In this document: positions 38,956 to 47,951 of the stretch, in pieces
How the letters are laid out: the number at the start of each line of letters is the position of its first letter
Numbering within the stretch: position 1 is the first letter of the stretch
Virus record (IMG/VR): IMGVR_UViG_3300048008_000449
Span: 140,773-204,772 of that record
Reading direction: 5' to 3' (one strand)
DNA: 64,000 nucleotides
Program-made: the position numbers and the translations under genes
Notes under the pieces: generated by a model
What the model was told of the DNA's origin: nothing
What the model saw: the letters and a program-made list of their open reading frames with translations, nothing else
Databases searched by the model: none

Positions 38956-39298
38956 CCGGTTTGAATCCAAAATTAGCAACTACATGTTGAGAACCCGATG
39001 AATCTTCAACAATATCTCCAACACTAACACTATACATACGAGATAAACGTTCTATATTTTCTTCAGGACCCATGTTACCTGTGTGAAACACGCCTTCTAA
39101 TCCATCAGCGGTAATGTTACTAACATGTGTATAGTAGCCTCGGTTAAAAGCATCAGCGGCAACTGTACCAATTTCATTTTTACTAAAGTTCATGTCTAGC
39201 TTTAATGATTGTTTATGAACAGCATCGTGTCCTTCAGCATTAACTAGATCTATTTCGGCATCTGTTAAATGAATTTGGTATAATTTATATGTTTGCAT
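38939..39298 (-). CDS. YodL-like early protein
   Basis: YKLYQI...LEGVFHTGN...SVSVGDIV. Confidence 0.55.
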   Translation of the reverse strand: MQTYKLYQIHLTDAEIDLVNAEGHDAVHKQSLKLDMNFSKNEIGTVAADAFNRGYYTHVSNITADGLEGVFHTGNMGPEENIERLSRMYSVSVGDIVEDSSGSQHVVANFGFKPVDTIN

Positions 39299-39315
39299 TT
39301 CTGACTCCTTTAATT

Positions 39316-39358
39316 AACTATACATACAGTATACGATAAGACGTCTTGGTTGTCAACC
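39316..39358 (-). promoter_or_regulatory. Sigma70-type promoter with spacer palindrome
   Basis: TTGACA (39351-39356), 17 bp, TATACT (39328-39333); AAGACGTCTT. Confidence 0.85.
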
Positions 39359-39411
39359 TTTAGTCGTCAGAAAAAACCCAATAAAATCAATGGGTTATAA
39401 TTTTTTTAAAT

Positions 39412-40617
39412 TTATTTTGATTTATAGTGAATTAATTTGTCATAATATAGTGCTAAAGTAGCCCATATTGCGTCTGGGTACAAGTTAGTATATTTGTTTC
39501 CCATTTTATGATAATTTTCCCATACTGTTTTACTTACATCAAACTTACTGTAATATTTCCAAAAATCAGTATCTGTTCTATCACTTAACATGTAATGATG
39601 TTTTATATATGTACTATTATCATTCCAAACATTACGCATTGCTCTATTGTAAGTTTTAGCCCCATATCCACGTTTTAAGCACCGTACAAGCGTTGTTATA
39701 CTGAATTGCGTCATAAACAGTGCATTACTTTCTAAAGGGTCTATAAAGCCGTTACTGAGCCCTACTGCAACTACATTATTGTGCCAGGGATTAGCTAAGA
39801 CACTAGGATTCCATTTTAACAGTCTAGGTGTTTTTCCCATAAAGGGAGTTCTGTGTGCATTTACTTTATTAAACTCTGCAAGTGCATCTTCGTCAGTTTG
39901 ATGTTTGCTACTAAACACATATCCTGTTCCAATTCTATTTGTTAAATCAATTATAAATTGCCAACCATTACTACGTGCTACGCTTTGAGTGTATCCTTGT
40001 ACATCATTATCTTGCAATTCAAAAGGACAAACCCATGCTCTATCTACTAAATGATTTTCTAATTGTACTTCAGTATTGTCTTTTACAAATTTTCTACGAA
40101 ACCCTGTGCAGTCTATATATAAATCATATCCCTCTGGTAACTCGTCTAATGTGTCTATAATGTGAGTTACATTTTTACAATTATTTTTAACTATGTCTCC
40201 GGCTTTTTCAGCATCTAAGTGATATGCAGTTGCTTGCCAGCCACCTTTGTGATATAGTTGATCATTAATGTTATGCTTATCAACAATACCACTATCGTAT
40301 TGTTGTTTCCATTTATCAAAAACATTATTATCATTAAACCAAAAGGTGAATGCAAACGGATCGCCATTTGGCTTATTCCATTGACTCTTTATGTTTCCAA
40401 ATTTCTTTTGTGCATTACTTTTTTCCATCCATTCGTCTTCTGACATTCCCATGTCTTCAAAGAATTGTGCAATCTGTGGTAATGTACTTTCGCCTACGCC
40501 TATAATAGGAATATCACTACTTTCAATAAGTGTAATATCATAATCTGGAAATTGTTTTTCTAAGTATCCTGCGGCCCACCATCCAGTAGTTCCGCCTCCA
40601 ATAATACAAATTTTCAT
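39412..40617 (-). CDS. Flavin-dependent tryptophan-halogenase-like protein
   Basis: IIGGGTTGW, IGVGESTLP, IDCTGF, RIGTGYVFS, GLSNGFIDPLES. Confidence 0.85.
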   Translation of the reverse strand: MKICIIGGGTTGWWAAGYLEKQFPDYDITLIESSDIPIIGVGESTLPQIAQFFEDMGMSEDEWMEKSNAQKKFGNIKSQWNKPNGDPFAFTFWFNDNNVFDKWKQQYDSGIVDKHNINDQLYHKGGWQATAYHLDAEKAGDIVKNNCKNVTHIIDTLDELPEGYDLYIDCTGFRRKFVKDNTEVQLENHLVDRAWVCPFELQDNDVQGYTQSVARSNGWQFIIDLTNRIGTGYVFSSKHQTDEDALAEFNKVNAHRTPFMGKTPRLLKWNPSVLANPWHNNVVAVGLSNGFIDPLESNALFMTQFSITTLVRCLKRGYGAKTYNRAMRNVWNDNSTYIKHHYMLSDRTDTDFWKYYSKFDVSKTVWENYHKMGNKYTNLYPDAIWATLALYYDKLIHYKSK

Positions 40618-40643
40618 AGTTGTTCCTTATATGTATTATTTAT

Positions 40644-40674
40644 AATAACGCAGGCGTATTTTACCTGCGTTATT
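40644..40674 (-). terminator. Terminator after sbmA
   Basis: AATAACGCAGG/CCTGCGTTATT. Confidence 0.7.
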
Positions 40675-40680
40675 AAATTT

Positions 40681-41652
40681 TTATTTTTCTTCAATTAGTC
40701 TTTCAAACTCTCTCAAACGTTTATATACGCTTGCTAGTTCAATAATAGTAGGCCATGCTTTAAGTATATATTGCATTGAACCTTCTACTCTACCAAAAGC
40801 TCTAATAATTTGTTGCATCACACCTAGTGTTACAACACCTGCTACAATAGCTGGTGCTAAAAATACATAAGCTGATAATACATTTGCTTGTAAATATGAA
40901 ATTCTACCTATATTAAAATACAAGTATCTAATATAAGATTTAAAGTGAATACTTCTTACATCTTGAAATAATTCATCAATTCTTTTAGGACGAATTGTCA
41001 CATCATCTTCTGCAATTACAAGTATTTTTCTGTAAGCTGCTTCTTTCTTTTGTAAATCATATTCTACTCCAACTAGACGTAATAACCAACCTAATCCAAT
41101 TAAGAATATTGTTCCTCCAATACTCCAAATTAACGCACCAGTTACTAGTCCATATTGCCAATCACCAAAGAAGAAGATTGGAATACCAACTGATAGTCCT
41201 AATAGAATAGGAACAAATTGTACTAGAACCATTACTGATTCAATTAAACTTGTACCAAGTCCTTCCATGATACGACTAAACTTAATAGTATCTTCTTGTA
41301 CACGTTGAGCTGCACCTTCAATAGTACGTGCTTTGTCGTATACACTATGATACCATTCAACCATTGCTGCTCTCCATCTAAACAAATAGTGTGCAGTAAA
41401 GTAACTAACAACTACGGCAATCAAAACATAAATTGCAGCCAAGTAAATAAAAGTTCCTAAACTACTCCAATATTCTGTAATTGTAATAGCGTTTGGTGCA
41501 CCAAGTGCTTTTTGAATCATATCGTAAAACTGCCCAAACCATTCATTAATTTTAACGTCAATTTGAACTTGTACCCATAATGAACTTAGGATAATAGCTG
41601 AACCCAGCCACGACCACAATGCCCATTGTTTTTGTGTGAAAAATCTAAACAT
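40681..41652 (-). CDS. sbmA: SbmA/BacA-family peptide transporter
   Basis: INEWFGQFYD, FRWRAAM, IEGAAQRVQEDT, QKKEAAYRK, WPTIIELASVYKRL; multiple TM helices. Confidence 0.9.
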   Translation of the reverse strand: MFRFFTQKQWALWSWLGSAIILSSLWVQVQIDVKINEWFGQFYDMIQKALGAPNAITITEYWSSLGTFIYLAAIYVLIAVVVSYFTAHYLFRWRAAMVEWYHSVYDKARTIEGAAQRVQEDTIKFSRIMEGLGTSLIESVMVLVQFVPILLGLSVGIPIFFFGDWQYGLVTGALIWSIGGTIFLIGLGWLLRLVGVEYDLQKKEAAYRKILVIAEDDVTIRPKRIDELFQDVRSIHFKSYIRYLYFNIGRISYLQANVLSAYVFLAPAIVAGVVTLGVMQQIIRAFGRVEGSMQYILKAWPTIIELASVYKRLREFERLIEEK

Positions 41653-41696
41653 TTTCTTTTCCTTATATAAAATGCAGAATTAACTACATACATATC

Positions 41697-41735
41697 TATT
41701 TATGGCAACTATAGTATGACTAATTTGCATAAATA
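41697..41735. promoter_or_regulatory. Divergent pair of late boxes (sbmA and gp14)
   Basis: ATAAATA on minus (41697-41703) and on plus (41729-41735). Confidence 0.7.
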
Positions 41736-41756
41736 CAATATAACAAGGAAACCTGC

Positions 41757-42824
41757 ATGCCAAGATTAAGTTTATATAAACCATTTAAAGGTAACGACTA
41801 TAAGTTTATGGATCACGCAATACGTGAACAATTCGATATAGGTGGTACTGGAATACACGTACACAAATACCTAGGACCGGATCCTAAGAACGATAGTAAA
41901 GATCCTAGCGAGCCTAATTATGGCAGTGGTATGGAAATAGATAATATTACAGGAGAAGAAATTAATCCTGAAGGTTTAATTGACGAAACAAACATACAAG
42001 ACTTATTGTTTATGGAAAACAGAGATCGTAAATACGATCCTGACGTATTTGAACTACGTGGTGTATATAATGTTAGTGATAATGATTTTGATTTAACACA
42101 ATTTGGTTTATTTTTAACAAATGATACATTGTTTATTAGTTTTCATATTAACGATATGGTAGAACGTTTAGGGCGTAGACTTATGCCAGGTGATGTAATT
42201 GAATTACCACATTTACGTGATGAACTTTTACTTACTAACGCTAGAGATGCTATTAATAAATTTTATGTAGTGCAAGATGCCGCTAGAGGAAGTGAAGGAT
42301 TTTCACAAACTTGGTATCCACACATTTGGCGTGTTAAAGTAGCACCATTAACAGATACACAAGAATACGCAGATATACTTGGAACTGCTAATGATCCAGA
42401 TAGTCTTAAAAATGATATAAGTGCATACAAAACAGAACTTAACATTAGTAATGCTATTGTAAAGAGTGCTGAAGCTGCTGACCCACTAGGATTACCATTA
42501 GCTGACCATTTATTTGGTGTAGAGACTGAAGATAAAACATATAAGCATGGTGAGACATTAGAACAAGGCGATCAGTTTCCAGTAAGTCCAAACGAAGGTG
42601 AGTATTTTGTAAGAACAGACTTTACACCTAATAGACTTTTTGTCAGAAGAGGCAATAAATGGCATAGATTATATGATAATGTTACTGATCAAACATGGAG
42701 TGATAGAACATATAATGCTAGTAGCTTTATTAATAACAATGCTACTACAGTTATCGACGATAAAGAGTTTCCTGAAAAGCAAGCACTTAGTCAAGTTATT
42801 AAACCAAAGAGTGATTTTGAATAA
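41757..42824 (+). CDS. Neck/head-closure protein gp14-like
   Basis: IQDLLFMENRDRKY, LTQFGLFL, MPGDVIELPH. Confidence 0.8.
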   Translation: MPRLSLYKPFKGNDYKFMDHAIREQFDIGGTGIHVHKYLGPDPKNDSKDPSEPNYGSGMEIDNITGEEINPEGLIDETNIQDLLFMENRDRKYDPDVFELRGVYNVSDNDFDLTQFGLFLTNDTLFISFHINDMVERLGRRLMPGDVIELPHLRDELLLTNARDAINKFYVVQDAARGSEGFSQTWYPHIWRVKVAPLTDTQEYADILGTANDPDSLKNDISAYKTELNISNAIVKSAEAADPLGLPLADHLFGVETEDKTYKHGETLEQGDQFPVSPNEGEYFVRTDFTPNRLFVRRGNKWHRLYDNVTDQTWSDRTYNASSFINNNATTVIDDKEFPEKQALSQVIKPKSDFE

Positions 42825-44179
42825 TGGCACAACAATATTTTTACGATAAACAAATTAGAAGATACATTCAACAGTTTATAAGACTGTTTAGTGGATTCAG
42901 TGTTGAAATGGGTAAAAACGAAGAAGACTTATCTGTATTTCAACAAGTTCCTGTACGTTATGGAGACATTAATAGAATGGCTGCACACATAACAAGAGAA
43001 AACAGTGAAAACATTATTAATACTGTTCCGTTTATAAGTTGTTACGTAACTTCATTAGATATGTTACCAGAAAGACGTACATATCAAGATCATGTTGATA
43101 AAGTTCAAGTATTTGAAAAGAAATACGATGACACAACTGGTGAATATATAAATGAAAGAGGAAATAGTTATACTGTTGAAAGACATGCACCTGTTCCTTA
43201 TATGTTACAAATGAATTGTGATATTTGGACTTCAAACACAGACCAAAAATTACAATTAATGGAACAAATACTAGTATTATTTAATCCTACACTAGACATA
43301 AGAACAAACAATAGTCCAATTGACTGGACTGCATTGAGTCATGTAGAATTAACTAATACAACATGGAGTACAAGAAGTGTGGGATCAAGCATAGATGATA
43401 TTATTGATGTTGCTACTTTAAGTTTTAATATACCAGTACATATTAATCCTCCAGCTAAAGTTAAACAGCAAAAATTAATTCATACAATTATAAGTGAACT
43501 GTATAACTTAGACGATACAAATTTAGATTTGTTTAGAGAAGAGCAATCCTTTGATAAACAAACGTTGCAATATACAATTGTAACATACGAAGATAGAAAA
43601 GTGAAATACGAAGATGGTAATTTACAATTATTAAACGCTAATGGGCAAAAACTTGATAACGATGGTTTAATACTAGACTGGTCTAAAGAGTTAAAACCTT
43701 TTGGTGAATTACGAACTGGAATAAGTCAATTAAGACTTAGAAAAAATACAGACGTAAGTGACAAATCAGATGATATAATTGGTAAACTTGATTTCCATCC
43801 TAGTGACTCAAATCTATTAACAGTTGACGTAGATCAGTCAACATTACCAACAAATACACTCACAGCCGTAAATGCTATTTTAGATCCAGTTAAAAATTAT
43901 CCTGGAGATGGAACAGTTCCAGCCGCATCATTAGGACAAAGATATATATTAATTAATGATGTACCTAGTAATCAATGGTTAAATGTTGTTGCCCACAGAT
44001 ATGATATTATTGAATATAATGGATCAACTTGGAATGTAAGTTTTGATTCTTCTACAAATACAGATACTCAATATGTAACTAACGTAGCAAGCAACGACCA
44101 GTTAGAATGGAACGGTAAAGAGTGGGTTAATAGCTATGAGGGAATTTACAATGCAGGATTCTGGAGACTCTATCTTTAA
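42824..44179 (+). CDS. Tail terminator/sheath stabiliser gp15-like with a C-terminal extension
   Basis: YFYDKQIRRY, VPVRYG, PVPY, QKLQLMEQILVLFNP. Confidence 0.85.
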   Translation: MAQQYFYDKQIRRYIQQFIRLFSGFSVEMGKNEEDLSVFQQVPVRYGDINRMAAHITRENSENIINTVPFISCYVTSLDMLPERRTYQDHVDKVQVFEKKYDDTTGEYINERGNSYTVERHAPVPYMLQMNCDIWTSNTDQKLQLMEQILVLFNPTLDIRTNNSPIDWTALSHVELTNTTWSTRSVGSSIDDIIDVATLSFNIPVHINPPAKVKQQKLIHTIISELYNLDDTNLDLFREEQSFDKQTLQYTIVTYEDRKVKYEDGNLQLLNANGQKLDNDGLILDWSKELKPFGELRTGISQLRLRKNTDVSDKSDDIIGKLDFHPSDSNLLTVDVDQSTLPTNTLTAVNAILDPVKNYPGDGTVPAASLGQRYILINDVPSNQWLNVVAHRYDIIEYNGSTWNVSFDSSTNTDTQYVTNVASNDQLEWNGKEWVNSYEGIYNAGFWRLYL

Positions 44180-44228
44180 TATCGACGACCCGTGTGACGA
44201 TGTAAGTCATTGGATAGGAAAAATATGA
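44151..44228 (+). CDS. 25-aa micro-ORF MQDSGDSIFNIDDPCDDVSHWIGKI
   Basis: Translated by hand; GAGGG upstream; ATGA overlap with the Nudix start at 44225. Confidence 0.45.
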   Translation: MQDSGDSIFNIDDPCDDVSHWIGKI

Positions 44229-44659
44229 TAATAGCAAGTGGTTGTTTATTTTTAAGCACAGACACAGGAAGAATAATGCTTCAACAACGAAGCGGTGAAG
44301 TTAATCACCCACGAACATGGGGTTTCTTTGGAGGCAAGGCTGAAAAAGGTGAAAGACCAACTGAAGCACTATTGCGTGAAATAGAAGAAGAGCTTGGATT
44401 AGTTCCAGATATAAAAAAAGTTATTCCTGTTAATAAATTTACTAGTCCTAATAAGAAATTTGTTTACCATACATTTTTAGTCACAGTTGAAGAGGAGTTT
44501 ATTCCTGTTCTTAATAACGAAAGTGATGGTTATTGCTGGATTAAAATTGGCAACTGGCCTAGACCGTTGCACCCTGGTGCAAAAATACAATGTAATTCAA
44601 AACAGTTTGTTAAAAAAATAAAAACAGTATACGAACAGTTTACTACATCGCTGGATTAA
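44225..44659 (+). CDS. Nudix hydrolase
   Basis: Nudix box GGKAEKGERPTEALLREIEEELG. Confidence 0.92.
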   Translation: MIIASGCLFLSTDTGRIMLQQRSGEVNHPRTWGFFGGKAEKGERPTEALLREIEEELGLVPDIKKVIPVNKFTSPNKKFVYHTFLVTVEEEFIPVLNNESDGYCWIKIGNWPRPLHPGAKIQCNSKQFVKKIKTVYEQFTTSLD

Positions 44660-45359
44660 TAATACCCATTTCTTTTCTACTGAATATATTATTTAAAAAT
44701 GAATTAAATACTTCTTCACTATCATATTGATGAATATCACTAAAATCTGGATCAATTTCATACATTTCAGAATTTGTTCTCATGCTATGTGAGAAACCCA
44801 ATGCAGTTGCAGTTTCTTTCCAACCATAATAACGTTTTAAATTAAAATTATTTTTTATTTCATTACATTCTATAGTAATTTGTTGTAGCATTCTTTCGTC
44901 ATTTTTATACCAAGTATATATTGGATATGTAATATCCCACCCACCTACATGTTTCCACCAATTAAAGCATTCTTGTGGTGTATCATAAAAAGACCAAAAC
45001 CTTGCTTTTGGAAATAGTTGTTTTAATAATGGCAAATGATAGCTAAACCAATGACTTTTAATAATTTTAGTTCCATAATTCCAATCAGTAAATGGTGCTT
45101 TAAATTCTTGTATTATTTCTTCTTTAGTTAATGTATCTAATATATCAAACTTATGTCCTACTGGATTATCAGGACCCCAATAAGCACCTCGATGCCATCC
45201 AACAACTTGTCCGTCAACTTTTTTTCTATATACAAAGTTATTCTTATTATCAGACAAATTAATATCTTTACATATAAGACTAAGCATACGAATTGCTCCA
45301 CTCCATCTAGATCCTGGAGCTCCTGTAACTATAATTAAATCTTCACCTTGATATTCCAT
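44643..45359 (-). CDS. Sulfotransferase-like/P-loop protein
   Basis: IVTGAPGSRWS, IIKSH, LFPKA. Confidence 0.55.
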   Translation of the reverse strand: MEYQGEDLIIVTGAPGSRWSGAIRMLSLICKDINLSDNKNNFVYRKKVDGQVVGWHRGAYWGPDNPVGHKFDILDTLTKEEIIQEFKAPFTDWNYGTKIIKSHWFSYHLPLLKQLFPKARFWSFYDTPQECFNWWKHVGGWDITYPIYTWYKNDERMLQQITIECNEIKNNFNLKRYYGWKETATALGFSHSMRTNSEMYEIDPDFSDIHQYDSEEVFNSFLNNIFSRKEMGIINPAM

Positions 45360-46168
45360 TAGTTTCCTTTATTAATTTCTTTTAAAATTTTGTTTGTAAG
45401 GTATTCATGTGTCTTAGGTCCTGGGTGTGTTTGGTCTCTTCCTAAATCTATCATTTCTTCTTTACTGTACTGTATTGATTTAATGTGTGTTGGTTCATAA
45501 TCATAAAACCAATGCTTTCTTCTTTCGTTTGGTTCTAATATATAATACTGTGCATTTGGAAATGATTGTAGTAACGCTAGTTCAAACATTTTAAATATTT
45601 TACCATTGCTTTGTTTAAAAGTTTCTCTAACAAGTTTTCTAACTTTTTCATCTTTTTCTTTTCTTAACCAAAATCGCATAAGCCAATTAGTATCATTAAC
45701 ACCCCAAAAATCAGTAAGTATAACATATTTTGGATTAAGTTTAAAATCAAATAGATTATCTGCCATATCAGTTAATGTATCAAAATCACTTATATTAAAA
45801 TGATTTAATGATAATTTTTTAGAAAGCAAATATGGTATACTCATTTCATATGGTATTCCAGTTCCTAATAATAAACTTCCGCCGGCAAATACTATACCAA
45901 CATCAGTTAAATCATCTGGACCTCTATATCCATATTTGTTCCATTTATAACTAAAGTCTAAATTAGTATCATTATCCCAATCAAGTTCTTGTATTGCATT
46001 AAAAGTAAAATGATCAGTTCCATTTTCTCCTACTTTGCATTTGTTTCCTGTATCATGCCGGCCATAATATTTTATTGTTTCATTTGGCAATCTTGGCTGT
46101 TTTTCAGCTTTTTCTTTTTGATTATAAAAGAACTTTGGATCTACCTCAGGAAAGTCGTTTTCTATCAT
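45359..46168 (-). CDS. SGNH/GDSL-like esterase or acyltransferase
   Basis: NKYGYRG, FAGGSLLLG, DLGRDQTHPG..H. Confidence 0.65.
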   Translation of the reverse strand: MIENDFPEVDPKFFYNQKEKAEKQPRLPNETIKYYGRHDTGNKCKVGENGTDHFTFNAIQELDWDNDTNLDFSYKWNKYGYRGPDDLTDVGIVFAGGSLLLGTGIPYEMSIPYLLSKKLSLNHFNISDFDTLTDMADNLFDFKLNPKYVILTDFWGVNDTNWLMRFWLRKEKDEKVRKLVRETFKQSNGKIFKMFELALLQSFPNAQYYILEPNERRKHWFYDYEPTHIKSIQYSKEEMIDLGRDQTHPGPKTHEYLTNKILKEINKGN

Positions 46169-47118
46169 ACTTTAATAACTCTATTAGGATCTGGATTATC
46201 AATCATGTGTTGTACTTTATCATTAATGAATCCAGTAAATTGGAAAGTAACTCTTGGTGTATATCCAAAGTTAGCTGTTCCATGTGGCATATTACACCAA
46301 TCGTATGTTATACATTCGCCTGCTTTATACTGATGATAATATGTATTACCAAATTGCCATACATGTCCATAATCCCAATCTTGTAGCATAACTAAAAACC
46401 TTCTTAATTTTAAAGGATTTTTATCAGCGCCAGCTTTAGTCCATACTTCACGCCATCCTGGTCTTGCATATCTCATTTGTTGATCAATATGAATAGGAGT
46501 AACTTGTCCTAGTCTTTGAATATGTAATCTGGATTGATGAACATCTACTCCTAATGCATCTATCATTCTAAGTAGTATTGCATACTCTGGTGATTCATTA
46601 CGCTTTGCGAAATAGTTTTTTCCATCTTTATCAAATCTTGCTCTAACAACCATGTCATGATACATACTACTTACGTCTTCTTTACCAGAAGCAAGTAGAA
46701 CGTCTTGTATTTCTCCGTCATGTAAATCTTTATCTTGTTTACTTAGATTACGCTGTCTATAATTTCCTATAGTCATTTCTGTTGCAGTTTTTAGTGCATG
46801 CTGTACTGCTTCACTAAAATCTCCTTCAAATCTACAAGGTACTACAAATGTTTCTTCATGTGGATCAGCAAAAGTATCAAAGTGCCAATCGGCACGTAAT
46901 TTATTATGCTCCCATCTGCTTGGAACTCCATCTACTTTAAAAATGTTATCCATTTTGTCATGTTTTTCCATCTGTTCATTACTATACATTTCATCTTTAT
47001 ATGCTGAATCAATTTGGGTATTACCTTCTTGATGTTTATGTTCTGCTTTTTTAACTGCATCTACAAGGTCATCTATTTTATCGCCACTATAATAATTTTT
47101 ATCTGTTTTTTGTTTCAT
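46165..47118 (-). CDS. Cupin/2OG-Fe(II) hydroxylase-like
   Basis: TPIHID, LQDWDYG, PHGTANFG..PR. Confidence 0.7.
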   Translation of the reverse strand: MKQKTDKNYYSGDKIDDLVDAVKKAEHKHQEGNTQIDSAYKDEMYSNEQMEKHDKMDNIFKVDGVPSRWEHNKLRADWHFDTFADPHEETFVVPCRFEGDFSEAVQHALKTATEMTIGNYRQRNLSKQDKDLHDGEIQDVLLASGKEDVSSMYHDMVVRARFDKDGKNYFAKRNESPEYAILLRMIDALGVDVHQSRLHIQRLGQVTPIHIDQQMRYARPGWREVWTKAGADKNPLKLRRFLVMLQDWDYGHVWQFGNTYYHQYKAGECITYDWCNMPHGTANFGYTPRVTFQFTGFINDKVQHMIDNPDPNRVIKV

Positions 47119-47119
47119 G

Positions 47120-47698
47120 TTAATGTTCTTTACAGTTTGGTAACATACTAATAATTGTCTTTAAGTTATTTTCAGTTAAAAACACACTCATCAATATATG
47201 ATATATGTCGTCTGACATAGCAAAGCTACCGTGTTGTTTTCTTGTATTTAATATATATGGAACACCAGGTTTAAAATCTATACGTTTGTTTTCGTATATA
47301 AAATTCCATTGACTAACATCTGTTTTATTTAATGGAATGAAAATTCTAATTTGTGGATTAAGTCTATATGCATCTCTATGCATACTAAAGAACGAACCTG
47401 CATTCATGTGTGCAGCTCTACATCTAGCTAAATTTTCCCATTTAGTAAAAAAATCAATAATTGATGGGCAATTGTGTGTATTAACATTTGGCTCTTGGTA
47501 TTCTGCATGTTTGCCTTTATGGTCAAGTGTTAAATCACCAACTGGTCCTGTTAAATTTACTCCACGTTTTCCGTTAGGTCCTTGTTCCCATTCTAATTGT
47601 TTAAGTTCGTTGATAGCTTCGTCTGAATTAAACTTATAATCTAATTCAAATATATCTCCGTAACTATTCAGTAGTGGTAGTAGATTTATATCTTTCAT
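47120..47698 (-). CDS. Aspartyl/asparaginyl beta-hydroxylase-like
   Basis: GSFFSMHRD, RIFIPL, LNTRKQHGS. Confidence 0.75.
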   Translation of the reverse strand: MKDINLLPLLNSYGDIFELDYKFNSDEAINELKQLEWEQGPNGKRGVNLTGPVGDLTLDHKGKHAEYQEPNVNTHNCPSIIDFFTKWENLARCRAAHMNAGSFFSMHRDAYRLNPQIRIFIPLNKTDVSQWNFIYENKRIDFKPGVPYILNTRKQHGSFAMSDDIYHILMSVFLTENNLKTIISMLPNCKEH

Positions 47699-47948
47699 TT
47701 TTTGGTTGCTTTCTTAATTCGTCCATATCTTTTATATGCTGAATACGCATAATTTGATGATACATTCTAATTACACCTTTAGGTGCATCTGCTTTCCATA
47801 AGAAAGGAAATATTCCGTGTGCAATACTTTTAAATGCAATTATAATAAGTGACCAGCTATTTTTAAAACTGTGCCATAAATGATACCAGTAACCCCATCC
47901 TGTTTCTACTTTAAGATGATGTACTGATTCCTTGAACCATTTTAGCAT
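47664..47948 (-). CDS. DUF6356-like small protein
   Basis: HLKVETGWGYWYHL...AHGIFPFL. Confidence 0.6.
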   Translation of the reverse strand: MLKWFKESVHHLKVETGWGYWYHLWHSFKNSWSLIIIAFKSIAHGIFPFLWKADAPKGVIRMYHQIMRIQHIKDMDELRKQPKNERYKSTTTTE

Positions 47949-47951
47949 TTA

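Noticed and set aside
39412-41652. sbmA and halogenase as one operon
   Set aside because: A terminator-like hairpin and a separate late box lie between them; adjacency alone does not show a shared pathway
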